Below, piece after piece: positions 55,391 to 64,000 of a DNA stretch of 64,000 bases. A model generated the notes under the pieces. The model worked only from the letters and a program-made list of their open reading frames with translations. It made no database searches and was not told where the DNA came from. Position 1 is the first letter of the stretch. Each line of letters begins with the position of its first letter. The stretch spans positions 138,628 through 202,627 of the forward strand of contig JAHIVH010000129.1 in the NCBI GenBank assembly GCA_018816735.1, written 5' to 3'. Source of the stretch: Pseudomonadota bacterium (GTDB lineage Bacteria; Desulfobacterota; Desulfobacteria; Desulfobacterales; JAHIVH01). The position numbers were made by a program, and so were the translations under genes.

Positions 55391-56902
55391 TCATTTTTTG
55401 CATGTGTAATCTTTATCCTTGCAAGTCAATGTCCACCAATTGTTATCACATGAAGATTCGACGGGGCAGGTCACGAATGCAGAATCTTCATCTGTTACCT
55501 GCATTGATCCAATTCCCGCTTCAACTACAGCAACATTTTCAATATCGCATGGAATACGTTGTTCCTCACAAACCTCTTCCCACTCACAAACGAGTTTCCA
55601 AACGCAGAAACCACACCAGAGTTGCACTTTTTTCCATGTATACACCTTTTTTTGTTCACATACAGTTTCATAACAGGTATCGTCGTCGCATGGTGATTCT
55701 TGTAAAAGAGCCTCAAACCCCTGTGTTTCTTTTGTAATAATTCGTTCTTCCCCTACATCCAGAGTCCCGATATTAATACCGTCAATACCGAGTTTTTCAT
55801 CGGTGATGATAACGTCCTCCAACGCCACATCGCCACAATTGGTGACAACGAATCTATATTCAACGCTGTCTTTAACCTCAAGAGCCTCTTTTGCTGTATC
55901 TGCGTCAATCCATTGTACCTCAGGTTTACATATATAATTGTCATAGGAACATTTGTTTAAATCAGAAACGCAAGACGTTTTGCAATAGTCCAACTGAGAT
56001 TTCACCGTACAATAGGAACTGCATTTTTGTTCTTTTTTCACCTGCTTTTTGATTTCAATACACGGTTCTGCTTCCACACAATCTGAGATAAATATGCCGG
56101 ATAGGTGTGAATTGTTATTTAATAGAAATCGCTCAGGGCATAAATCATCGCCATCTAAAAGCCTTTTAGTTTCAATTCTTATACTTGTTTCTCCAGTCAA
56201 CCCACTAATGTCAAAAACCACGTACTTGCCTTGAGAAAAATTGTCAATCTGTCCTTCTTGCACGACGGTTTTTTTAGATTCAATATCGGTCACAATTACT
56301 TTCAATGATTCAGTTCGGCATACGTTTTCTGCTTCGAGAAAATAATATGCGATTTTTAAAGAGCCAGTAAAATTGATTTTTATTTCAGCAACAAGTGGTT
56401 CAATAATACCATGTTCTTCAAAGTCCCCGCTATCCCATGTGGTTGCCTTAAAAGGCGCTTCAGGAGGAACTTTATCAAGTAGACATGGGATATATTGCGC
56501 TCCTCCGGGCTTTGGTGGCTGGCCTGGACTAGTTAACCACCAGGCTAAAACATAGATATCTTCGGTTTCTCGAAAAATTCTAAAATCAATATCGCTTTTG
56601 GCCGGCACTGGATCAAAAAGAAATCCTCCCATGCAAGTGTTATCGTCGTAATTATCGGGATACATACTGTACCATCCCGGTCCTGTTTTTTCTTCATCTG
56701 GAGGTAAAAGCTGTGTGTTTGGCAATACATAAAAACAGTCTCCGTATATACCGCGCCAGTCACCCCCAGTTTCTTCATCAATAGTCGGATCACTTACTGA
56801 GATTCCGGCAATCGACGCACTTGAAATCAGCAAAATTGAAAATACAGTGATCGTTAAAACAAAATAAAACTTTGGCTTCTTCAAAAAATTGTTATCCATC
56901 AT
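55391..56902 (-). CDS. Secreted cysteine-rich protein with a DUF11-like repeat domain
   Basis: Signal peptide (FYFVLTITVFSILLISSASIAG). DUF11-like segment YRFVVTNCGDVALEDVIITDEKLG. Roughly 35 Cys residues concentrated in the C-terminal half (for example CSSYCTVKSQLDYCKTSCVSDLNKCSYDNYIC). Confidence 0.6.
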   Translation of the reverse strand: MMDNNFLKKPKFYFVLTITVFSILLISSASIAGISVSDPTIDEETGGDWRGIYGDCFYVLPNTQLLPPDEEKTGPGWYSMYPDNYDDNTCMGGFLFDPVPAKSDIDFRIFRETEDIYVLAWWLTSPGQPPKPGGAQYIPCLLDKVPPEAPFKATTWDSGDFEEHGIIEPLVAEIKINFTGSLKIAYYFLEAENVCRTESLKVIVTDIESKKTVVQEGQIDNFSQGKYVVFDISGLTGETSIRIETKRLLDGDDLCPERFLLNNNSHLSGIFISDCVEAEPCIEIKKQVKKEQKCSSYCTVKSQLDYCKTSCVSDLNKCSYDNYICKPEVQWIDADTAKEALEVKDSVEYRFVVTNCGDVALEDVIITDEKLGIDGINIGTLDVGEERIITKETQGFEALLQESPCDDDTCYETVCEQKKVYTWKKVQLWCGFCVWKLVCEWEEVCEEQRIPCDIENVAVVEAGIGSMQVTDEDSAFVTCPVESSCDNNWWTLTCKDKDYTCKK

Positions 56903-57831
56903 TTCTCTCCTTTTGTTTTTGAATTATAAATCTTAGTTATTCATTCCCTTAGACGAACTTCAATTTATATATACATAGCCCCATCAACATCTGAATTGCC
57001 ATGCAATGGAGCTTGTTTTTTTTTAGGGCTATTTTTTTAAATGAGAAGTTCTGTGTTTATAGAAAGGTAAGGCATGAGCAATTTTTGTGCCATATGAATT
57101 TAATATTGAAAAGGACGTTTTTTAAATGGGTTATAAGAAATGGTTAATTTTTGAAAACGGATATTGTGTAATTCGTTTCATTATACATATGTAATATACT
57201 TCCTAAAAATAATCAGATACTGTAATTGACCTTAATAAAAGAATAAAGAGTTACGTCCTAAAACTTCTAAAGACGATTAATTTTGTTATTGAATTTTGAG
57301 TTTTTTTCCTATTTAAGGTATAAATTCCTGATTAAAAAATGGATGAATTTCTGGATTTTTAATGGCGAAAATGCTTATGCAAAGTCTAAAATTGTGAATT
57401 TTAGGTTATATAAAACTATATAGTTATTTTCACAATTATATTTAAGACTATTTATATTTTTTAAAAAAAGATTATTTTTTAAAATACTTACATAGTATAT
57501 TTTGTTGTTTTGAAATTTGGTCTCTTCTTTGCATAAAGTCTTCGCTATTAAATTCATTTTACAATTCGAGTGGCATGCAATTTTCAACAGGATACTTATG
57601 TAACTGAGAGAGCGGAGCTATATCTTTCAAGGCCTATTTACTTTTTTTATTACATGGACATTTCCTTAATTTTTATGATAATAGGCGATGTCATCTTTTA
57701 ACCTGCCCAACACGCCAAGCTGTGAGCAAATCAATCCTTTTTTTGCTAATAAGCACACACAAAAGAATTATTATTATCTCAATGATTAACCTATAAACAT
57801 TTGTTGGTTTGCGACAGAGTAGAGGTGAAAT

Positions 57832-58596
57832 ATGAAAGTTGTCATCCTTGCTGGGGGCTTTGGAACACGTATTTCTGAAGAAACCCAAATGAAACCCAAA
57901 CCTATGGTGGAAATTGGTGGTAAACCCATATTATGGCATATCATGAAGATTTATTCATCATATGGGCTAAACGATTTTATTATTTGTTGCGGATACAAGG
58001 GCTATGTCATAAAGGAATATTTCGCAAACTATTACCTTCATAATTCAGACATTACATTTGACATGGCAAAACAAATGACGGAGATCCATCAAAATGGCAC
58101 TGAACCTTGGCGCGTGACTTTAGTTGACACCGGCCAAAATTCAGGGACAGGTGGCAGACTGCGAAAGGTCCGCCACTATCTCGGTGATGAAGATTTTTGT
58201 TTTACCTACGGGGATGGTGTGTGTGATGTTAATATATCTGAATTGATCCAATTTCATCGCTCAAAGAATAAGTTAGCGACGGTTACGGCAATATTGCCTC
58301 CTTCTAGCAAAGGCGTTTTAAATTTCGATGATAGGAGTGTTCGTTCATTTGAAGAAAAACCCGAACAGAGCTGGATAAATGGAGGTTTTTTTGTGCTTTC
58401 GCCAAAAGTGATTGATTATATCGAAACAGATGAAACCATGTGGGAGCATGCCCCGATGAAACATCTTGTTAGCAAAAATGAATTGGCAGCTTTTCCGCAT
58501 AAAGGATTCTGGCACTGTATGGATACGCTGCGCGATAAACAAAATTTGGAAAGGCTGTGGGCGTCAAGCAAAATTCCGTGGAAAGTGTGGCGTTAA
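57832..58596 (+). CDS. rfbF: Glucose-1-phosphate cytidylyltransferase
   Basis: MKVVILAGGFGTRISEETQMKPKPMVEIGGKPILWHIM... matches the RfbF N-terminus. 254 aa. Confidence 0.9.
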   Translation: MKVVILAGGFGTRISEETQMKPKPMVEIGGKPILWHIMKIYSSYGLNDFIICCGYKGYVIKEYFANYYLHNSDITFDMAKQMTEIHQNGTEPWRVTLVDTGQNSGTGGRLRKVRHYLGDEDFCFTYGDGVCDVNISELIQFHRSKNKLATVTAILPPSSKGVLNFDDRSVRSFEEKPEQSWINGGFFVLSPKVIDYIETDETMWEHAPMKHLVSKNELAAFPHKGFWHCMDTLRDKQNLERLWASSKIPWKVWR

Positions 58597-58659
58597 AATA
58601 TAAGTGATTAGGGTATTTTATAAATGTTTAATTAATATTAGGATATAGGAATTATTCAT

Positions 58660-59682
58660 ATGAAAGTATTAGTGACGGGGACTAGCGGGTATATCGGCGT
58701 ATTATTGGCACCAATTTTACTTGATCATGGTTTTGACGTTGTTGGTTTGGATACCGGATACTATCAGGATGGATGGCTTGTAAATAGTATCAAAAAGTTT
58801 CCGGCCTGGATAAGTAAAGACATTAGAAATATTACAACAGAGGACTTGCTTGGTTTTGATGCCGTTGTCCATCTTGCTGAACTTTCAAACGATCCTTTAG
58901 GGCAGCATAATCCGAAAATAACCTTTGATATCAATCACAAAGGGACTGTTGAATTAGCTAAAAAGTGCATTGAAGCTGGCGTATCGAGGTTCGTTTATAC
59001 TTCATCTTGCAGTGTATATGGGTTAGGATCAAATGAGTTTAAGACAGAAGAATCAACAACCAATCCTCAGACAGCCTATGCCAAATGCAAGGTCAATGTC
59101 GAACAGGATTTGGGTAAAATGGCAGATGATAATTTCTGCCCGACATTTTTACGCAACGGTACTGCCTATGGACCATCACCAAGAATGCGGTTTGATATTG
59201 TGCTAAACAATTTAGCCGGTCTTGCCTGGACAATAAAAGAGATAAAAATGACAAGCGACGGTACACCATGGCGTCCTCTTGTACATGTCCTCGACATTTG
59301 TGAGGCAATTGTCTGCACCTTGAAAGCACCCAAGGAGATCGTTAATAATCAAATCTTTAATGTTGGGGACTCTAAAGCAAACTACCAAGTTAAGGAGATT
59401 GCTCAGATTGTCGCAGATGTATTCCCTGATTGCACATTGTCTTTTGGACAAAGCGATCCTGACAATCGCAGTTATAGGGTTTCTTTTGACAAAATCAATA
59501 CACAACTACCAGGGTTTAAATGTAGACAAGACCCCGTATCTGGTGCAAATCAGCTGCGCGAGGTATTCGAACGAATCAACATGCCCGCAGACATTTTCAA
59601 TTTTAGGGCGTTCACTCGGCTAAAACAGCTTGAATATCTTATTAAAACCAAACAAATAGACGAAAAGTTTTTTTGGGTTTAA
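58660..59682 (+). CDS. NAD-dependent epimerase/dehydratase (extended SDR)
   Basis: VTGTSGYIG Rossmann motif and YAKCK (YxxxK) catalytic motif. Confidence 0.8.
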   Translation: MKVLVTGTSGYIGVLLAPILLDHGFDVVGLDTGYYQDGWLVNSIKKFPAWISKDIRNITTEDLLGFDAVVHLAELSNDPLGQHNPKITFDINHKGTVELAKKCIEAGVSRFVYTSSCSVYGLGSNEFKTEESTTNPQTAYAKCKVNVEQDLGKMADDNFCPTFLRNGTAYGPSPRMRFDIVLNNLAGLAWTIKEIKMTSDGTPWRPLVHVLDICEAIVCTLKAPKEIVNNQIFNVGDSKANYQVKEIAQIVADVFPDCTLSFGQSDPDNRSYRVSFDKINTQLPGFKCRQDPVSGANQLREVFERINMPADIFNFRAFTRLKQLEYLIKTKQIDEKFFWV

Positions 59683-59721
59683 ACAGGATTTGTATTTACG
59701 ATTAAATCAGGGAAAATAATA

Positions 59722-60954
59722 ATGGAAACACTTTGCCGATTTTGTGGCGCAAAACTGAAACACACATTTGTCGACTTAGGCGTGTCGCCTCTGGCAAATT
59801 CATATTTAAAAATTGATCAAATGAACCAGATGGAGCCTTTTTATCCTCTCCATGCTTATGCTTGTGAAGAATGTTTTTTAGTACAACTGGAAAAGTTCGA
59901 GACGCCAGACCACATTTTTAGTGATTACGCCTATTTTTCATCTTTTTCTGACAGCTGGTTGCAACACGCAAAAACATATGTAGAAATGATGATAGACCGT
60001 TTTGGTTTTAACAAAAAAAGTCAAGTAATAGAAATCGCAAGTAATGACGGTTATTTACTGCAATATTTCATAGAAAAAGGTGTCCCGGTCATGGGCATTG
60101 AGCCTGCTGCCAATGTCGCAGAAACCGCAATTGCAAAAGGCATTTCAACGCTGATAAAATTCTTCGGAAAAAAGACAGCCTTGGAGCTTGTGGCTGATGG
60201 CACCCAAGCCGATTTAATTATTGGCAATAATGTGCTGGCTCATGTACCTGATCTAAATGATTTCGTTGGAGGGCTGAAGGTGCTTCTCAAACCTCAAGGC
60301 ATCATTACGATGGAGTTTCCGCATCTGATGCGTTTGATAGATGAGAATCAGTTTGATACCATTTACCATGAGCATTTTTCATACTTCTCTTTTTTAACGG
60401 TGGAAAAAGTTTTTGCAAAACATGGTCTTGTGCTCTTTGATGTCCAGGAAGTGCCAACACATGGCGGATCGCTTAGAATTTATGCACGTCATGAGGATGA
60501 TTTGTCCAAATCAACTGAAAAACGGATTGGTGAATTACGTTCTAGAGAAAAGGACAAAAGATTTGATAGTATCGATTACTATTTGTCATTTTCTGAAAAG
60601 GTGACAGAAACCAAACGAAAGCTATTAGAGTTTCTGATTACGGCCAAAGGGCAGGGCAGATCTGTTGTCGGATACGGGGCTCCGGCAAAAGGCAACACAC
60701 TGCTGAATTATTGTGGCATTCGATCAGATTTTTTAGATTACACAGTCGACCGCAGTCCACATAAACAGCAGCATGTCTTACCTGGTACACGTATCCCCAT
60801 CTATCCTCCTGATAAAATCAGAGAAACCAGGCCGGACTACTTATTGATATTACCCTGGAATTTAAAAACAGAAATTATGGAACAAATGGCCCATGTGCGA
60901 GAATGGGGGTGCCAGTTCGTGACACCTATTCCTGAGTTAACGATTCATGCATAA
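59722..60954 (+). CDS. SAM-dependent NDP-hexose C-methyltransferase-like enzyme
   Basis: N-terminal Zn-ribbon (CRFCGAKL...CEECFLVQL), class I MTase core (VIEIASNDGYLL), and a C-terminal C-methyltransferase-type domain (GYGAPAKGNTLLNY). Confidence 0.8.
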   Translation: METLCRFCGAKLKHTFVDLGVSPLANSYLKIDQMNQMEPFYPLHAYACEECFLVQLEKFETPDHIFSDYAYFSSFSDSWLQHAKTYVEMMIDRFGFNKKSQVIEIASNDGYLLQYFIEKGVPVMGIEPAANVAETAIAKGISTLIKFFGKKTALELVADGTQADLIIGNNVLAHVPDLNDFVGGLKVLLKPQGIITMEFPHLMRLIDENQFDTIYHEHFSYFSFLTVEKVFAKHGLVLFDVQEVPTHGGSLRIYARHEDDLSKSTEKRIGELRSREKDKRFDSIDYYLSFSEKVTETKRKLLEFLITAKGQGRSVVGYGAPAKGNTLLNYCGIRSDFLDYTVDRSPHKQQHVLPGTRIPIYPPDKIRETRPDYLLILPWNLKTEIMEQMAHVREWGCQFVTPIPELTIHA

Positions 60955-61053
60955 TTTAGCAAACGTTCAATGTGGACCTGAGGTAAATATCGTTCAGAAC
61001 ATCCATTCCATCAAGAAAGATTCGATCTTGTTTGCAGGAGAAAATATAAAAAC

Positions 61054-62358
61054 ATGAGAAATATTGCCATACTGGGAGCAGGAATGGCTGGCCTCGGTGC
61101 TGCCCACCATTTGTTTTCTGAAAAAATATCATCAGTTGTTTACGAAAAACATTCCTATCATGGTGGTCATGCCACATCATTTAAATTTGAAAATAGTTAT
61201 ATTTTTGATGATGGGCCACATGTCTCATTTACTCAAAATGAACGTTTGCAAAAATTGTTTGTTGAGAGTGTGAACGATAAATATGAAGTTATTCATACTC
61301 AAGTAAATAATTATTGGAAAGGACAATGGATCAAGCATCCGGCCCAATGCAATTTATATGGGTTGCCAAAAGAACTGGTGGTTAAGATTTTAAAAGATTT
61401 TATTGATGCGCAATACAAGGATCATGGCCTGATAAATAACTATGCAGACTGGCTAATTGCAGCCTTCGGCAAAACATTTGCCGAAACGTACCCCATGGAG
61501 TACGGGTTGAAATACCACACCACAACGGCGGACAACATGAATACCAGTTGGCTGGGGCCAAGACTTTACCGACCCAATTTGGAAGAAGTGTTAAATGGCG
61601 CGTTGTCATCCGAAACGCCCGATGTCCATTATGTTGACTATTTTCGATATCCTTCTCATAATGGGTTTGCATCTTACCTGGATATTTTTCTAAAACAGGC
61701 CGATCTTAAATTAAACCATGAATTGATAAAACTCGATCCTAAAAAGAGGATGCTTTATTTCGGTAATGGTACAACCCGAAGTTATGATGCAGTGATTTCC
61801 TCTATACCTCTTCCTGAAATTGTGCCCATAATTGACGGTGCGCCGGATGATGTCCTGGCGGCAGCAGAAAAGCTGGCTTGCACAACATGTGTGGTCGTAA
61901 ATGTTGTGATTGACAGAGAAGATATTTCTAACGCTCACTGGTCCTATTTCTATGATCGGGACATTTTCTTCACACGTTTAAGCTTTCCTCATATGCTTTC
62001 ACCAAACAATGTGCCAAAAGGCACTGGCAGTATTCAGGCTGAAGCCTATTATTCAAAAAAGTATCGACCACTTGATCGTTCACCCGAAGATTGCATTCAC
62101 CCCATCATACGGGATTTAAAAAAATGTAATCTTATCCGCGAGGATGATCAGATTCTGTTTACAAATACCTGGGTGATCCCATACGCGAACGTCATTTTTG
62201 ATCTTGATGAAGCAGAAGCACGTGAAACAGTGCAGGGCTATTTAAGTGATATCGGTATTCATTATTGCGGCCGCTATGGTGAATGGAAATATATCTGGAC
62301 GGATCAGTCCTTTTTAAGCGGTGAAATGGCCGCTCAGTCAGTATTGGATGAACGTTAA
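61054..62358 (+). CDS. FAD/NAD(P)-binding oxidoreductase (amine-oxidase/protoporphyrinogen-oxidase-like fold)
   Basis: N-terminal dinucleotide motif IAILGAGMAGLGAA. 434 aa. Confidence 0.7.
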   Translation: MRNIAILGAGMAGLGAAHHLFSEKISSVVYEKHSYHGGHATSFKFENSYIFDDGPHVSFTQNERLQKLFVESVNDKYEVIHTQVNNYWKGQWIKHPAQCNLYGLPKELVVKILKDFIDAQYKDHGLINNYADWLIAAFGKTFAETYPMEYGLKYHTTTADNMNTSWLGPRLYRPNLEEVLNGALSSETPDVHYVDYFRYPSHNGFASYLDIFLKQADLKLNHELIKLDPKKRMLYFGNGTTRSYDAVISSIPLPEIVPIIDGAPDDVLAAAEKLACTTCVVVNVVIDREDISNAHWSYFYDRDIFFTRLSFPHMLSPNNVPKGTGSIQAEAYYSKKYRPLDRSPEDCIHPIIRDLKKCNLIREDDQILFTNTWVIPYANVIFDLDEAEARETVQGYLSDIGIHYCGRYGEWKYIWTDQSFLSGEMAAQSVLDER

Positions 62359-62424
62359 AAAATAATGTAACGTTATTTCAGCAAATCTCAATAGCGTGAC
62401 AATGAACCTGAGGAAGAACAGAAT

Positions 62425-62955
62425 ATGAAATTTATAGAAACACCGCTTCGCGACGCCTATATCATCGAATTGGAACCTCTTTCAGATGAAAGAGGTTTTT
62501 TTGCCAGGAGCTGGTGTCAAAAGGAGATGTTGGATAAAGGGTTGAATACCGATATGGTACAATGCAATGTCTCCTATAATAAACTGGCAGGTACGTTGAG
62601 AGGTATGCATTATCAGGATTCACCCCATGAGGAAATCAAGCTTGTACGATGCACAAACGGATCAATTTATGATGTAATTATCGATCTGCGGCCTGATTCA
62701 CCGACTTTTAAAAAATGGTTTGGTGTGCAACTCTCCAGGCAAAATTTGAAAATGCTTTATATTCCCAAATTATTCGCCCATGGGTTTTTGACTTTAGAGG
62801 ATGATACCGAAGTTTTTTATCAAATGTCTGAATTTTATTATCCGGAATGTGCAAAAGGCATCAGATGGAATGACACCCTTTTTAATATAGAGTGGCCGGA
62901 AGACGTTTGTACGATTTCAGATAAGGATCAAACTTATCAGGATTTTGTTATATGA
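62425..62955 (+). CDS. dTDP-4-dehydrorhamnose 3,5-epimerase-family (RmlC-like cupin) enzyme
   Basis: RGFFARSW, GTLRGMHYQ, KLVRCTNGSIYDVIIDLR. 176 aa. Confidence 0.85.
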   Translation: MKFIETPLRDAYIIELEPLSDERGFFARSWCQKEMLDKGLNTDMVQCNVSYNKLAGTLRGMHYQDSPHEEIKLVRCTNGSIYDVIIDLRPDSPTFKKWFGVQLSRQNLKMLYIPKLFAHGFLTLEDDTEVFYQMSEFYYPECAKGIRWNDTLFNIEWPEDVCTISDKDQTYQDFVI

Positions 62956-63863
62956 AAAAATTTTTTGTTACAGGTGCAACCGGATTTATCGGAAGTCATT
63001 GTATAGAAAGTCTAAGCATGAGATCCGATATAGAGGTTCATGCACTGACCATTGATGATATCAGCCAAGATTCTTTAAATGTCCAGTGGCATAAGGCCGA
63101 CTTGATGGACACGAAAAGCATGCATGATTTATTAAATGACATTCAACCCACACATCTCCTTCACTTTGCGTGGTATGCTGCTCCGGGGAAATATTGGACG
63201 TCTATAGAAAATCTTGCCATGGTCCAGGCCAGTTTGGCATTGTTAAAGACTTTTGCAGAAGTTGGCGGTAAAAGATGCGTTATGGCAGGATCATGTGCTG
63301 AATATGACTGGCACTATGGATATTGTTCTGAAAGAATTACACCAACGGTACCAGGTAGCTTATACGGCACATGCAAATCCGCAATGCAGAAAATATTAGA
63401 GTCTTTCAGTCTCCAAACAGGGGTGAGTAGTGCCTGGGGAAGAATTTTTTATCTTTATGGTCCCAGAGAGCATCCAAGCCGTTTGGTACCTTCTGTCATA
63501 TGTTCTCTTCTCAAAGATAAACCCGCTAAATGCTCTCATGGGGAACAAATCCGAGATTTTCTCTATGTGAAAGACGTGGCTGATGCGTTCATTGCTCTCT
63601 TGGAGAGTGATGTCAGGGGATCAGTAAACATTTGTTCCGGGATACCCATTAGGTTGTCTGAAATTATAATGAATATTGCGGAAGTATTTGATAAACAGGA
63701 TTTTGTTCAACTCGGTGCCATACCTGTTTCACCTGATGAGCCTGGTCTGATAGTTGGGAATAACGGTAGATTGTTCAAGGAAGTTGGCTGGAAACCAAAG
63801 TACATGATGGAACAAGGGATTAGCGAGACCATTACCTGGTGGAAAAAACATCTTGATGTGTAA
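62952..63863 (+). CDS. NAD-dependent epimerase/dehydratase (SDR; probable 4-keto reductase of the sugar pathway)
   Basis: VTGATGFIGSH and YGTCK (YxxxK). ATGA overlap with the upstream gene. Confidence 0.8.
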   Translation: MKKFFVTGATGFIGSHCIESLSMRSDIEVHALTIDDISQDSLNVQWHKADLMDTKSMHDLLNDIQPTHLLHFAWYAAPGKYWTSIENLAMVQASLALLKTFAEVGGKRCVMAGSCAEYDWHYGYCSERITPTVPGSLYGTCKSAMQKILESFSLQTGVSSAWGRIFYLYGPREHPSRLVPSVICSLLKDKPAKCSHGEQIRDFLYVKDVADAFIALLESDVRGSVNICSGIPIRLSEIIMNIAEVFDKQDFVQLGAIPVSPDEPGLIVGNNGRLFKEVGWKPKYMMEQGISETITWWKKHLDV

Positions 63864-63918
63864 GAAATTTGATCTACGACAGTAATGGTAACCAATAAAT
63901 CTATGGAATTTTTAAGGA

Positions 63919-64000
63919 ATGTTAATATTGAATTCGAATCGTGTTAGTATTATCCAACCCGCTTCCAAGTGGCAAGGCCTGAATTTAAAGGAGTTAAAGG
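63919..64000 (+). CDS. Possible 5' end of an ABC-2-type polysaccharide export permease (Wzm-like), truncated by the window
   Basis: MLILNSNRVSIIQPASKWQGLNLKELK... resembles the conserved N-terminus of Wzm/KpsM-type permeases. Only 27 codons are visible and RBS spacing is poor. Confidence 0.3.
   Translation, partial: MLILNSNRVSIIQPASKWQGLNLKELK

Noticed and set aside
57390-57437. 9-bp inverted repeat AATTGTGAA / TTCACAATT and the nearby palindrome AACTATATAGTT in the AT-rich leader of the glycan cluster.
   Set aside because: Short AT-only palindromes are expected by chance in DNA this AT-rich. The two symmetries are not concentric, and there is no second copy elsewhere in the window.
1-64000. 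Search for tRNA/rRNA genes, CRISPR arrays, transposases, integrases, phage or toxin-antitoxin/defence modules.
   Set aside because: None were recognised in any intergenic gap or ORF translation. Apart from the compositional shift after 55.4 kb, the window looks like a stable chromosomal region.

Overview
The window reads as chromosomal DNA from an anaerobic, probably marine, Desulfobacterota-type (deltaproteobacterial) genome. That assignment is an inference from gene content only. About 55 genes lie in long co-directional blocks. I saw no rRNA, tRNA, CRISPR array, transposase or integrase.

Main blocks:
- (i) 1-8.3 kb: a sensor kinase truncated at its 5' end, a B12-type radical SAM enzyme, an orphan GspC-like PDZ protein, an aminotransferase/aldolase/pseudo-aldolase operon, and TauE.
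- (ii) 8.4-12.3 kb: a molybdate/tungstate ABC importer with an XRE-PBP regulator.
- (iii) 12.4-24.2 kb: TetR plus an FGGY kinase, followed by an osmolyte island. The island carries a GH13_18 phosphorylase, a fused sucrose-phosphate synthase/phosphatase, a fructokinase, and the NAGGN genes asnO-ngg-M42 peptidase.
- (iv) 24.3-28.9 kb: signalling genes and a decayed PEP-CTERM gene.
- (v) 28.9-37.1 kb: an eight-gene operon behind a cobalamin riboswitch. It encodes BtuF/C/D-like proteins, a TonB-dependent receptor, an unknown secreted protein, and its own ExbB-ExbD-TonB.
- (vi) 38.0-55.3 kb: the most interesting region, a tightly coupled operon of about 17 kb. It combines a TolQ/TolR-type proton channel, an FHA-like/TonB-like protein, an OM barrel and two TPR proteins, which resembles the Myxococcus Agl/Glt-Nfs core. 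These are fused to a module of Ca-binding TSP3, VWA, PPC and 7-repeat lipoproteins.
- (vii) 55.4-64 kb: a visibly AT-richer segment with a Cys-rich secreted protein and a CDP-sugar (branched/deoxy-hexose) glycan cluster.

All calls come from reading the ORF translations and the DNA by eye. No searches or statistics were run.
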